The notes beneath the pieces were generated by a model. The model did not search any database and had not been told where the DNA came from. It saw only the letters and a list, made by a program, of their open reading frames with translations. From assembly GCA_051886675.1 (NCBI GenBank), contig JBJEYH010000203.1:183-64182 (forward strand): 64,000 bases of DNA, written 5' to 3'. Source of the stretch: Aristaeellaceae bacterium (GTDB lineage: Bacteria > Bacillota > Clostridia > Christensenellales > Aristaeellaceae). Position numbers and translations under genes: made by a program. Of the stretch, positions 54,948 to 63,798 are shown in pieces (within the stretch, counting starts at the first letter, position 1; every line of letters starts with the position of its first letter).

Positions 54948-57164
54948 ATGGCCTTTCTCTTCGGCTTCGGCCTTTCGCTGACACTCCTGGCCGTGCTGGA
55001 TCTGACGTCGTACGCCTGGCTTTCGGCGGCGGTAACCCTGGGCGTCACGGCGGTGTGCGCCCTGTGCTCGGCGCGCAAATGGAGCGGCATCGCCCTTGGC
55101 GGCGCGGTGGCCGCGGGCTTCGCGGCGTGGCTGACGGTCCTGGGCGGCACGACCACGCTGCTGGATATTCTCCGGGCATCCACGCTGCACATGACGGGGC
55201 TGTATTCCGCCCTGCCCCTGGTGGGCCTGGAAACCGCGGCGCTGCTGGCCGTGCTGTGCGCGCTGGCGGCCTTTGTGCTGACCGGCCGCTCGGCGGGGGC
55301 GTATCCTGCGCTGCTGGTGCTGGCGCTGGCGATTGTGCTTCTGTGGCTGGGCGACCGGCCCCGGGCGATGATGTACCTGCTGCCCTCGGTCATCGCGGTG
55401 GTGACGCTGCTCATCCACACCCAGCACGAGGGCCTGCCCCTGCGGCGCGTCCTGCCCCTGACGGTGGCCCTGGCCCTGGCGGCCTACCTGATCGTCCCGG
55501 CCGGCGGCGTGGCCATCGCCCCCCTGAAGGACGCCGCCGACAAGCTCCGCCAGACCATCTTCGACTATCTGTTCTTCACCGAGCCCCGCAACGTGTTCAC
55601 CCTGGCCACCGAGGGCTACTATCCCCAGGGCCAGTCCCAGCTGGGCGGCCCCGCCTCCCCCGACGACGATCCGGTCATGCTGGTCACCACCCCCAAGCGC
55701 ACCTATCTGCGCGCCACGGTCAAGGACGAATACACCGGCCGCGTGTGGGTGGACACCAAGTCCGGCCGGCGGTACCTGTGGGTATCGCCCCAGTGGCGCA
55801 GCGAGCGCAACAGCGTCTTTAACGACGGTATGCCCGAGGGCGCCCTGGGCGAGGATTCGGGCCTGATGGCGGTGCATGCGGTCACCGTGCGGATGGTGGC
55901 CGCCAGCGCCAGCAGCCTGTTCGTGCCCCAGCGGGTGCGGGATCTGCAGCCCGGCGGCGATCTGGTGCCCTACTTCAATTCCTCCAGCGAAATATTCGCC
56001 ACCCGGGATCTGCAGCCCGGGGACACCTACACCGTCTACGCGCCGCTGATGATCGGCGGCGAGGCGGGGCTTGGCACGCTGGTGACCGCCTGCGCCGAGA
56101 ACGATGATCCGGCCTATGCCGCCATTCTGCAGGATTACACCCGCCTGCCGGATCATCTGCAGCAGGAGCTGTACGATCTGGCGGCCAAGGTCACCGCGGA
56201 CGCGACCACCCCCTACGACAAGGCCTACGCCCTGCAGACCTACATGAGCCGCACCTACCGCTACGCCATGGACGTGGAGATTCAGCCGGGGAATGTGGAC
56301 TTTGTGTCCAACTTCCTGCTGAACACCAAGGAGGGCTACTGCACCTACTTTGCCTCGGCGATGACGGTATTGTGCCGGATGGCGGGTCTGCCCGCGCGGT
56401 ATGTGGAGGGCTATCTGGCGGAGCCGGACGAAAGCGGCGTCGCCCGGGTGACGGGTCTTGACGGCCACGCCTGGACGGAGGTGTATTTCGAGGGCTTCGG
56501 CTGGCTGACCTTCGACGCGACGCCCGTGCAGCGCAGCAACGGCGCCGGGCAGAGCGGGCAGGATGATTCCAGCGACGAGCAGGAGCCGGACGAATTGCCC
56601 ACGCCGCCGCCCGAGGAGGAGCCGCCTTCCGCCGATGAGGAGCCCACGCCCACGCCCTCCCCCGAGCCGGAGGACGAGCCCACGCCCACGCCCAGCGATC
56701 AGCCCCTGCCCCCGCCGGATGACGGGAAGGATCCGCCGAGCCTGACCTGGCTGTGGCTGCTGCTGTTGCTGCTGGCGGCCGCGGCAATCACGGTGCGCAT
56801 TCTGATGACCCAGCCCCGCCGCATGGCGGACCGCCAGACGGACGAGCTGGGCCGCTGGAGCGTGTGGATGCAGGCGGTTGCGGACTGCCTGCGGATTCTG
56901 GGTCTGTCGCGGCATCCCAGCGAATCGCCGATGGCGCACATGCGGCGCGTCGACATTCTGCGCCGCGTGAACGTTCCGCTGACGCCCCTGGGCGAATGCG
57001 AAGCGCTGGTTTTCTACGGCCGCCTTGATCCCGAGCCTGAGGAAACGGCCATGGCCATGGAAGCCTTCCTCCGCATGAAAGCAAGTCTGAAATGGTATCA
57101 GCAAATCCAGCTGACGCTTCTTCGCGCCTTCGTCCCCCTGAAAAAGCGCGACTTCACCCACTAG
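54948..57164 (+). CDS. Transglutaminase-domain membrane protein (TgpA-like); the true start is probably upstream at CTG 54891
   Basis: Multi-TM N-terminus. Catalytic core EGYCTYFASAM...DGHAWTEVY..G.GW..FDATP. C-terminal P/E-rich spacer and a final TM. No Shine-Dalgarno before ATG 54948, but AAAGGAGG at 54875-54882 sits 8 nt before the in-frame CTG at 54891. Confidence 0.85.
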   Translation: MAFLFGFGLSLTLLAVLDLTSYAWLSAAVTLGVTAVCALCSARKWSGIALGGAVAAGFAAWLTVLGGTTTLLDILRASTLHMTGLYSALPLVGLETAALLAVLCALAAFVLTGRSAGAYPALLVLALAIVLLWLGDRPRAMMYLLPSVIAVVTLLIHTQHEGLPLRRVLPLTVALALAAYLIVPAGGVAIAPLKDAADKLRQTIFDYLFFTEPRNVFTLATEGYYPQGQSQLGGPASPDDDPVMLVTTPKRTYLRATVKDEYTGRVWVDTKSGRRYLWVSPQWRSERNSVFNDGMPEGALGEDSGLMAVHAVTVRMVAASASSLFVPQRVRDLQPGGDLVPYFNSSSEIFATRDLQPGDTYTVYAPLMIGGEAGLGTLVTACAENDDPAYAAILQDYTRLPDHLQQELYDLAAKVTADATTPYDKAYALQTYMSRTYRYAMDVEIQPGNVDFVSNFLLNTKEGYCTYFASAMTVLCRMAGLPARYVEGYLAEPDESGVARVTGLDGHAWTEVYFEGFGWLTFDATPVQRSNGAGQSGQDDSSDEQEPDELPTPPPEEEPPSADEEPTPTPSPEPEDEPTPTPSDQPLPPPDDGKDPPSLTWLWLLLLLLAAAAITVRILMTQPRRMADRQTDELGRWSVWMQAVADCLRILGLSRHPSESPMAHMRRVDILRRVNVPLTPLGECEALVFYGRLDPEPEETAMAMEAFLRMKASLKWYQQIQLTLLRAFVPLKKRDFTH

Positions 57165-57740
57165 TGGGCAGTGCCCACACCCGGCTCGCGATTGAGTTGG
57201 TTCCCTTCGGTCTTGCTGCGCGCGCGTGCTGCTGTCCTGCGGCTCGCGCGGAGGCCCGGCTCACGGTGGGCAGTGCCCACACCCGGCTCGCGATTGAGTT
57301 GGGTCCCTTCGGTCTTGCTGCGCGCGCGTGCTGCTGTCCTGCGGCTCGCGCGGAGGCCCGGCTCACGGAGGGTGAGCCGGGCTTGCGGGGGTCACGGCGC
57401 GCAAAAGGCGCGCCGCGACGCGGTCGTGCGAGGCTCCCCCCATCCGTCACGGTTTTCACCGTGACACCTTCCCCTCCGGGGAAGAGGGCCCACGCCCGGT
57501 ACGGTGGGCAGTGCCCACACCCGGCTCGCGATTGAGTTGGTTCCCTTCGGTCATGCTGTGCGCGCGTGCTGCTGTCCTGCGGCTCGCGCGGAGGCCCGGC
57601 TCACGGAGGGTGAGCCGGGCTTGCGGGGGTCACGGCGCGCAAAAGGCGCGCCGCGACGCGGTCGTGCGAGGCTCCCCCCATCCGTCACGGTTTTCACCGT
57701 GACACCTTCCCCTCCGGGGAAGAGGGCCCGTGCCCGGTAC
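57165..57740. repeat. Composite repeat array 3 with module order X-X-Y-X-Y
   Basis: Module X (~101 bp, starts GTGGGCAGTGCCCAC) at 57165, 57267 and 57504. Module Y (~135 bp, four hairpins) at 57368-57503 and 57606-57740. Confidence 0.9.
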
Positions 57741-57744
57741 AGCG

Positions 57745-57778
57745 AAAAGCATCCTCCCGTCTCCGGGAGGATGCTTTT
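57745..57778. terminator. Bidirectional rho-independent terminator
   Basis: AAAA-GCATCCTCCCG-tctc-CGGGAGGATGC-TTTT. Serves the convergent transglutaminase and GH95 genes. Confidence 0.85.
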
Positions 57779-57858
57779 CGTTTGCACTGTCAGGGGATCC
57801 GCCGGGAGAGCCCTGCGCAGGGCTTCCCGGGTGTGCGGCATTTTCGCCGTCCGCGCCA

Positions 57859-60111
57859 TCAGCCCGTGACCGTCAGCGTATCCGGGGTGACCAGGATCAC
57901 CGCGCCGGCAGCATGGTCGATGCTGCGGCCGTCCGCCAGGCGGAGCGTCCCTTCGCGCTTCGCCCGGATGACCGCCTGCGTCAGGCGATGCGCCTTCCAG
58001 GCGATATCCACCTCGTAGCCGCCCCGGGCGCACAGCCCGTGCACCGCGCCTTCCGGCCAGGCAGCCGGCAGGGCGGGCAGCAGACGCACCATGCCGTCAT
58101 GGCTCTGGAGGAGCATCTGGGCGATGGCCGCCGTCGCGCCGAAGTTCCCGTCGATCTGGAAGGGCGGATGATTGTCCAGCAGGTTGGGCAGGGTCGAGCG
58201 GATCAGCAGCTGCCGCAGATGCTCCCAGCTGCTTTCGCCGTCCAGCAGCCGGGCGTAGAAGTTGATGATCCAGGCCCGGCTCCAGCCCGTATGCCCGCCG
58301 CCGTGGGCCAGACGGCGTTCCAGCGTGGCGCGGGAAGCCGCCATCAGCTCCGGCTGATCGGGGGTGATCTGCGTGCCAGGATGCAGGGCGAACAGGTGCG
58401 AAATGTGCCTGTGACCGATTTCGGCCTCGTCGTAGTCCTGCCCCCATTCCATCACCGTGCCCCGGGGGCTGATGCGGATGGGCCGCAGCCGCTGCAGCAC
58501 CGCCTCGTACGCGCCGACGTCCTCGCCCAGGCGCGCGCCGCAGCGGCACAGCGCCGTGAACAGCTCCCGCAGGATCTGCGTATCCATGGCCGCGTCCTGG
58601 CACATGTGCCCCTGCTCGCCCCCGGGCAGGATGTAGGTGTTCTCCGGCGAGCAGGAGGGCGATACGGTCAGATAGCCCTCCCCGTCGGTGATCATGGTAT
58701 CCATGAAGAACGCCGCCGCTTCCTGCATCAGCGGATAGTACTGCCGGAGGAAGTCCAGGTCGGCCGCGTATTCGTCATGCACGGCGATGTGCAGGCACAG
58801 CCACGCCGCGCCCATGGGCCACACGGTGGATGCGATGTAGCTGTCCTGGGGAGCGCAGTCGCCCCAGATATCGGTGTTGTGATGGGCCACCCAGCCGGAA
58901 GCCCCGTACATGTCGCGGGCCACCTGGCGGCCGTGGGGGAGCATCCGCAGCATGTGGTCGAACAGCGGCTGATGCATCTCCGACAGGTTGCAGATTTCCG
59001 CGGGCCAGTAGTTCATCTGGGTGTTGATGTTGATGGTGTACTTGCTGCCCCAGGCGGGCTCGAAGCTTTCGTTCCACAGACCCTGCAGGTTGGCGGGCAG
59101 GGAGCCGGGACGGCTGGAGCAGGCCAGCAGATACCGGCCGTACTGGAAGTACAGGTTGATCAGCCCGGGATCCTCGCTGCCCTGGGCGAAGCGCTTCAGC
59201 CGCGCGTCGGTGGGCAGCGCCTCCAGCAGGGGATCCTCCGGCAGCGACAGCGCGCAGCGGGCCATGATGGCCGACAGATCAGCCACATGCGCCTCGCGGA
59301 TGGCGTCGTAGCCCGCCTTTTCCGCCCTGTCCAGCATGTCCAGGGCGGCCTGCACCGGATCCTCATGGCGGAAGCTGGTGGCCCCCGCGCAGATCAGGTC
59401 GCAGTCGCCCTCGCAGCACAGCGTCGCGCCCATGACCGACCCCTCGCCCCGGATGATGCGCAGCGCGCAGGCGTAGGCCACGCCGTCATCCCCCGTGGCG
59501 CCGGCGAGGACAATCGTCCGCCTGTCCGCGGCGATCATCCGGCCCACATGATTCCCCCGGCGCAGCAGCACGTCGAAGGGCCCGCCCCCCGCGCGGATGC
59601 ACATCACCTCATGGGGCGCGGAGATGAACGTCTCCCGGTGGTAGGCTCTGCCCCGCAGCCTGCAGCGCATCCGGTGGATGCCCGTGCGCAGGCACAGCGC
59701 GCGCTCATAATCCTCCGTCTCCGGGGGGAAGGCGTCGCTCATGTCCCGGGAGGCCAGGTTCCGGGCCCCGTGCAGGCTGATGGCAGGATTCTCCTGCGCA
59801 TAATACAGCACCACGTCGCACAGGGGCTCATAATGACGCTCGTTGTCGCCGGTGGCCGCATAGGCGCGCAGAGCCAGCTGCTCCGCCTCCCGGATGCGTC
59901 CCTCCGCCAGCAGCTGCCGGATGCGCGGCATCTGCTCCCGGGCATCGGGATTCACCCGGTCCGCAAAGCCCCCCGACCACAGGGAGTCCTCATTCAGCTG
60001 CAGCCGCTCCAGGGTCACGCCCCCAAATACCATGGCGCCCAGGCGTCCATTGCCCAGCGGGAGGGCCTCGTTCCATACCGTCGCGGCACGGTCATAACGC
60101 AGTTCATTCAT
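57859..60111 (-). CDS. GH95 alpha-L-fucosidase (or related GH95 glycosidase)
   Basis: N-terminal W.EALP.GNGRLGAMVFGG...E..QLNEDSLW and LQG.WN......W.S.YT.NIN.QMNYW blocks. 750 aa. Confidence 0.9.
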   Translation of the reverse strand: MNELRYDRAATVWNEALPLGNGRLGAMVFGGVTLERLQLNEDSLWSGGFADRVNPDAREQMPRIRQLLAEGRIREAEQLALRAYAATGDNERHYEPLCDVVLYYAQENPAISLHGARNLASRDMSDAFPPETEDYERALCLRTGIHRMRCRLRGRAYHRETFISAPHEVMCIRAGGGPFDVLLRRGNHVGRMIAADRRTIVLAGATGDDGVAYACALRIIRGEGSVMGATLCCEGDCDLICAGATSFRHEDPVQAALDMLDRAEKAGYDAIREAHVADLSAIMARCALSLPEDPLLEALPTDARLKRFAQGSEDPGLINLYFQYGRYLLACSSRPGSLPANLQGLWNESFEPAWGSKYTININTQMNYWPAEICNLSEMHQPLFDHMLRMLPHGRQVARDMYGASGWVAHHNTDIWGDCAPQDSYIASTVWPMGAAWLCLHIAVHDEYAADLDFLRQYYPLMQEAAAFFMDTMITDGEGYLTVSPSCSPENTYILPGGEQGHMCQDAAMDTQILRELFTALCRCGARLGEDVGAYEAVLQRLRPIRISPRGTVMEWGQDYDEAEIGHRHISHLFALHPGTQITPDQPELMAASRATLERRLAHGGGHTGWSRAWIINFYARLLDGESSWEHLRQLLIRSTLPNLLDNHPPFQIDGNFGATAAIAQMLLQSHDGMVRLLPALPAAWPEGAVHGLCARGGYEVDIAWKAHRLTQAVIRAKREGTLRLADGRSIDHAAGAVILVTPDTLTVTG

Positions 60112-60184
60112 TTCGGGTGTCCTCCAAAAAAGCGTATCGTTTCACTTTTTTCAAGATTATCATGATTTTACGGCCCTGTCAAGG

Positions 60185-60212
60185 TTGACGGCTAACAAAT
60201 TCCATGTATAAT
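60185..60212 (+). promoter_or_regulatory. Putative sigma-A promoter (TTGACG-16 nt-TATAAT)
   Basis: -35 at 60185-60190 and -10 at 60207-60212, upstream of the LacI-family gene. Confidence 0.55.
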
Positions 60213-60242
60213 TTTAGCTGTGACAAACTTTGCAAACGGAGG

Positions 60243-61283
60243 ATGCACGTCTTGGCTGCGACCATCAAGGACATCGCCCAGCGAACCGGGCTGGGACTGG
60301 CAACCATTTCGAAATACCTGAACGGCGGCCACGTGAAGCCTGCCAATCAGGCCGCCATTGAGGAAGCCATCCGCGCGCTGGACTACAAGGTCAACGAAAC
60401 CGCGCGCAGCCTCAAGACCCGCCGCACCGGCTACGTAGGCCTGCTGCTGCCCGCGCTGAACAATCAGTTCATGACGGACATCATCAATGAAATGCAGTAC
60501 GAGTTGCGCCTGCGCAATCTGGGCTCGGCGCTGTGCTGCATCCCCTCGGGGAACGCCGCAGCCCGGCGGCAGGGCGAGATGGAAGCGGTGGACTTCCTGC
60601 TGCAGAAGGGCGTGGACGGGGTCATCAACCTGCCCCTGAACGAGGACGGCGCCCATCTGACCCGGGTGCTGGCGCAGCACATCCCCGTGACGCTGATCGA
60701 CAAGCAGATCCCCGAGCTGGCCAGTCAGGTCAGCGCGGTGATTGTGGATAACGTTTCCGCCGCCCGCATGGCCACGGACGAGCTGATCAACGCCGGTCAC
60801 CGGCGGATTCTCGGCCTGTTTCTCGCCCCGCAGAACTACACCGCCCGCCGCCGCCACGAGGGCTTCTGCGACGCGCTGCGGGAGCGCAGCATCCCCGGGG
60901 ATTCCGCCCGGGCGCTGTTCTACGAGCAGAGCAGCGACGAGGCCTTCCGGGCGACGGTGGCGGAGACCATCCGCGAGATGGGCCCCACCGCCGTGCTGGC
61001 CACCACCTCCAGCCTGACGCGCACCGCCGTGCAGGTGCTGGACTCGCTGGGCCTGCGGATCCCCGAGGACGTATCGGTCATCGGGTACGACGGCGCAGGC
61101 ACCGTCGACAGCGTGGGCATGAAGCTGTACTCCGTGGTGCAGCCCACCCGGGATATCGGCGTCATCGCCGCGCAGATCATGGCCATGCAGATTGACGCCA
61201 TCGCCCGGGGCAAGGCGATGCAGCCCCAGGTGCGCACCCTGTCCGCGCGGATGATCAGCGGCGCCTCGCTGCGCACGCTGTGA
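60243..61283 (+). CDS. LacI family transcriptional regulator
   Basis: TIKDIA...G.S..T.S..LNG helix-turn-helix plus a periplasmic-binding-protein-like sugar domain. GGAGG abuts ATG 60243, so the in-frame TTG at 60252 (giving MAATIKDIA) may be the real start. Confidence 0.85.
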   Translation: MHVLAATIKDIAQRTGLGLATISKYLNGGHVKPANQAAIEEAIRALDYKVNETARSLKTRRTGYVGLLLPALNNQFMTDIINEMQYELRLRNLGSALCCIPSGNAAARRQGEMEAVDFLLQKGVDGVINLPLNEDGAHLTRVLAQHIPVTLIDKQIPELASQVSAVIVDNVSAARMATDELINAGHRRILGLFLAPQNYTARRRHEGFCDALRERSIPGDSARALFYEQSSDEAFRATVAETIREMGPTAVLATTSSLTRTAVQVLDSLGLRIPEDVSVIGYDGAGTVDSVGMKLYSVVQPTRDIGVIAAQIMAMQIDAIARGKAMQPQVRTLSARMISGASLRTL

Positions 61284-61308
61284 ATGGCCGGGGGCAAGAG
61301 GGGCTGCG

Positions 61309-62395
61309 GGCCACGGCGCGGATACTATTGCGCGGCGGGCGATATGCCTGCCCGCGCTGCATTTTGCCTTCAGTTCGGATGCCCTTTGATCGGCGGGCGA
61401 AATGTCCCTCGCATGCCCTGCAAGTCACGGCGCGGAAAACGTTGCGCGGCGGGTGATATGCCTGTCCGCGCCGCATTTTGCCCTCAGTTCGGAAGCCCTT
61501 TGATCGGCGGGCGAAATGTCCCTCGCATGCCCTGCAAGTCACGGCGCGGATACTGTTGCGGGGGCGGGTGATATGCCTGTCCGCGCTGCATTTTGCCCTC
61601 ATTTCGGAAGCCCTTTGCGCGACAGGCGAAATGTCCCTCGCATGCCCTGCAAGTCACGGTGTGGAAAATGTTGCGCGGCGGGTGTTGTGCCTGACCGCGC
61701 TGCATTTTGCCCTCAGTTCGGAAGCCCTTTGCGCGACTGGCGAAATGTTTCTCGCATGCCCTGCTGGCACAGCGCGGATACTGTTGCGCGGCGGGTGATA
61801 TGCCTGACCGCGCTGCATTTTGCCTTCAGTTCGGATGCCCTTTGATCGGCGGGCGAAATGTCCCTCGCATGCCCTGCAAGTCACGGTGTGGAAAACGGTG
61901 CGCGGCGGGTGTTGTGCCTGTCCGCGCTGCATTTTGCCCCCAGTTCGGATGCCCTTTGATCGGCGGGCGAAATGTCCCTCGCATGCCCTGCAAGTCACGG
62001 CGCGGATACTGTTGCGGGGGCGGGTGATATGCCTGTCCGCGCTGCATTTTGCCCTCATTTCGGAAGCCCTTTGCGCGACAGGCGAAATGTCCCTCGCATG
62101 CCCTGCAAGTCACGGTGTGGAAAACGGTGCGCGGCGGGTGTTGTGCCTGTCCGCGCTGCATTTTGCCCCCAGTTCGGATGCCCTTTGATCGGCGGGCGAA
62201 ATGTCCCTCGCATGCCCTGCAAGTCACGGTGTGGAAAACGTTGCGCGGCGGGTGATATGCCTGTCCGCGCCGCATTTTGCCCTCAGTTCGGATGCCCTTT
62301 GATCGGCGGGCGAAATGTTTCTCGCATGCCCTGCTGGCACGGCGCGGAGACTGTTGCGCAGCGGGTGATATGCCTGTCCGCGCGATTTGCTGATC
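61309..62395. repeat. Tandem repeat array 4: about 9.5 copies of a 113-115 bp unit with a 455-bp higher-order repeat
   Basis: Anchor GCATTTTGCC at 61359, 61473, 61588, 61702, 61815, 61929, 62044, 62158 and 62272. Bases 61506-61660 are repeated identically at 61961-62115. Confidence 0.9.
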
Positions 62396-62721
62396 CGCCA
62401 CGGCCCCCCTTGCCGGGCGGACGATTTGCCATCCGCACACACTTCAGACATGACCCGGAAGCCCGTTGCCGACCGAACGAAATATCCCCCGCACACCCCG
62501 CATCCCCATTCCAGACGTCCCTTGCCGGTCGGGCGAAGCACCCATCCACGCCCCCTGCGCCCTCAGCCCTTAAGCCTCCTCCCTGGACAGACGAACCCCC
62601 TCCCCCACACCCCGCGCACCCTCCGCTCCGGCACCTCTTACCCGCCCCGTCATGCGCCTTCCACCGCCCCATACACCCTCCCCTTCAGGCAGGTTTTGAT
62701 GTCATTTGGTGATTTTGCCTA

Positions 62722-62750
62722 TTGACATCACCTGCTTTTTATGTTATGTA
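62722..62750 (+). promoter_or_regulatory. Putative sigma-A promoter (TTGACA-17 nt-TATGTA) for the sugar ABC permease genes
   Basis: -35 at 62722-62727 and -10 at 62745-62750, with a ~70-nt leader to the ATG at 62823. Confidence 0.5.
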
Positions 62751-62822
62751 TAAAGCGTAACGATTCGTTTTGTTTTTTGCGTGCAAAACCGAAATTTCGC
62801 TTTTCCGGATAGGGGGAGACTC

Positions 62823-63785
62823 ATGAGCAAACACACCGCCCAGCAGACCGCGCCTGCCGTCGTCATTCCGCAGAAGACCTTCCGCCAGCGTGTGGTCTCC
62901 GACTTCAGGAAATACAAGGCGGTGTACGCCATCGCCCTGCTCTGCCTGACCTATTACTTCATCTTCCGCTACGCCCCCATGGGCGGCCTCACCATCGCCT
63001 TCAAGAACTACCGCCCCGCCCGCGGCCTCTGGGGCAGCAAGTGGGTCGGCCTGCAGTGGTTCGAGCAGTTCTTCTCCAGCTACTACTTCCCCCGCCTGCT
63101 GCGCAATACCCTCACCATCAACCTGCTCTCCATCCTGGTGGGCAGCACCCTCCCCATCATCCTCGCCCTGCTGCTCAACGAGGTCCATCACAGGCCCTAC
63201 CAGCGCGCTGTGCAGACCATTACCTACATGCCCCACTTCGTCTCCCTGGTGGTGGCCTGCGGCATCGTGCTCGACCTGCTCAGCTACCGCGGCGCCGTCA
63301 ACAAGATCATCCAGGCCTTCGGCGGTACCCCCACCGTTTTCGTCAACATCCCCGAGTACTTCCCCTGGATCTACGTCTTCTCCGACGTGTGGCAGAACCT
63401 GGGCTACAACAGCATCGTCTACCTCGCCGCCCTGACCTCCATCAGCATGGAGCTGTTCGACGCCGCCGCCATCGACGGCTGCAACCGCTTCCAGCGCATC
63501 TGGCATGTGACCCTCCCCGGTATCCTGCCCACCATCATCCTCCTGCTCCTGATGAAGCTGGGCAGCATGATGACCGTCGGCTATGAGAAGATCATCCTCC
63601 TCTACAACGACGCCGTCCTCGAAACCGCCGACGTGTTCAGCTCCTTCGTGTACCGCTACGGCATGCTCAACGGCAACTACAGCTACTCCGCCGCGGTGGA
63701 CCTGTTCAACAATGTGGTCAACATCATCCTGCTGGTGATCTTCAACAGCATCGCCCGCAAGGTGTCCGACATTTCGCTGTGGTAA
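62823..63785 (+). CDS. Carbohydrate ABC transporter permease (LplB/MalF-like)
   Basis: Six TM segments. EAA-loop-like AA.IDG.NRFQR.WH.T.P. YK..Y.......YY..F.Y.P N-terminus typical of LplB-type permeases. ATG at 62823 after GGGGGAG. Confidence 0.85.
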   Translation: MSKHTAQQTAPAVVIPQKTFRQRVVSDFRKYKAVYAIALLCLTYYFIFRYAPMGGLTIAFKNYRPARGLWGSKWVGLQWFEQFFSSYYFPRLLRNTLTINLLSILVGSTLPIILALLLNEVHHRPYQRAVQTITYMPHFVSLVVACGIVLDLLSYRGAVNKIIQAFGGTPTVFVNIPEYFPWIYVFSDVWQNLGYNSIVYLAALTSISMELFDAAAIDGCNRFQRIWHVTLPGILPTIILLLLMKLGSMMTVGYEKIILLYNDAVLETADVFSSFVYRYGMLNGNYSYSAAVDLFNNVVNIILLVIFNSIARKVSDISLW

Positions 63786-63798
63786 GGGAGGATCGCAC

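Noticed and set aside
60112-60242. LacI-type palindromic operators near the LacI-family gene and upstream of the ABC permease (for example AACGAtTCGTT at about 62759-62769 and CGAAATTTCG at about 62790-62799).
   Set aside because: These are short palindromes of 10-11 bp that deviate from the TG.AA.CG.TT.CA consensus (wrong centre or arms). At this length they could be chance and are not reported as features.
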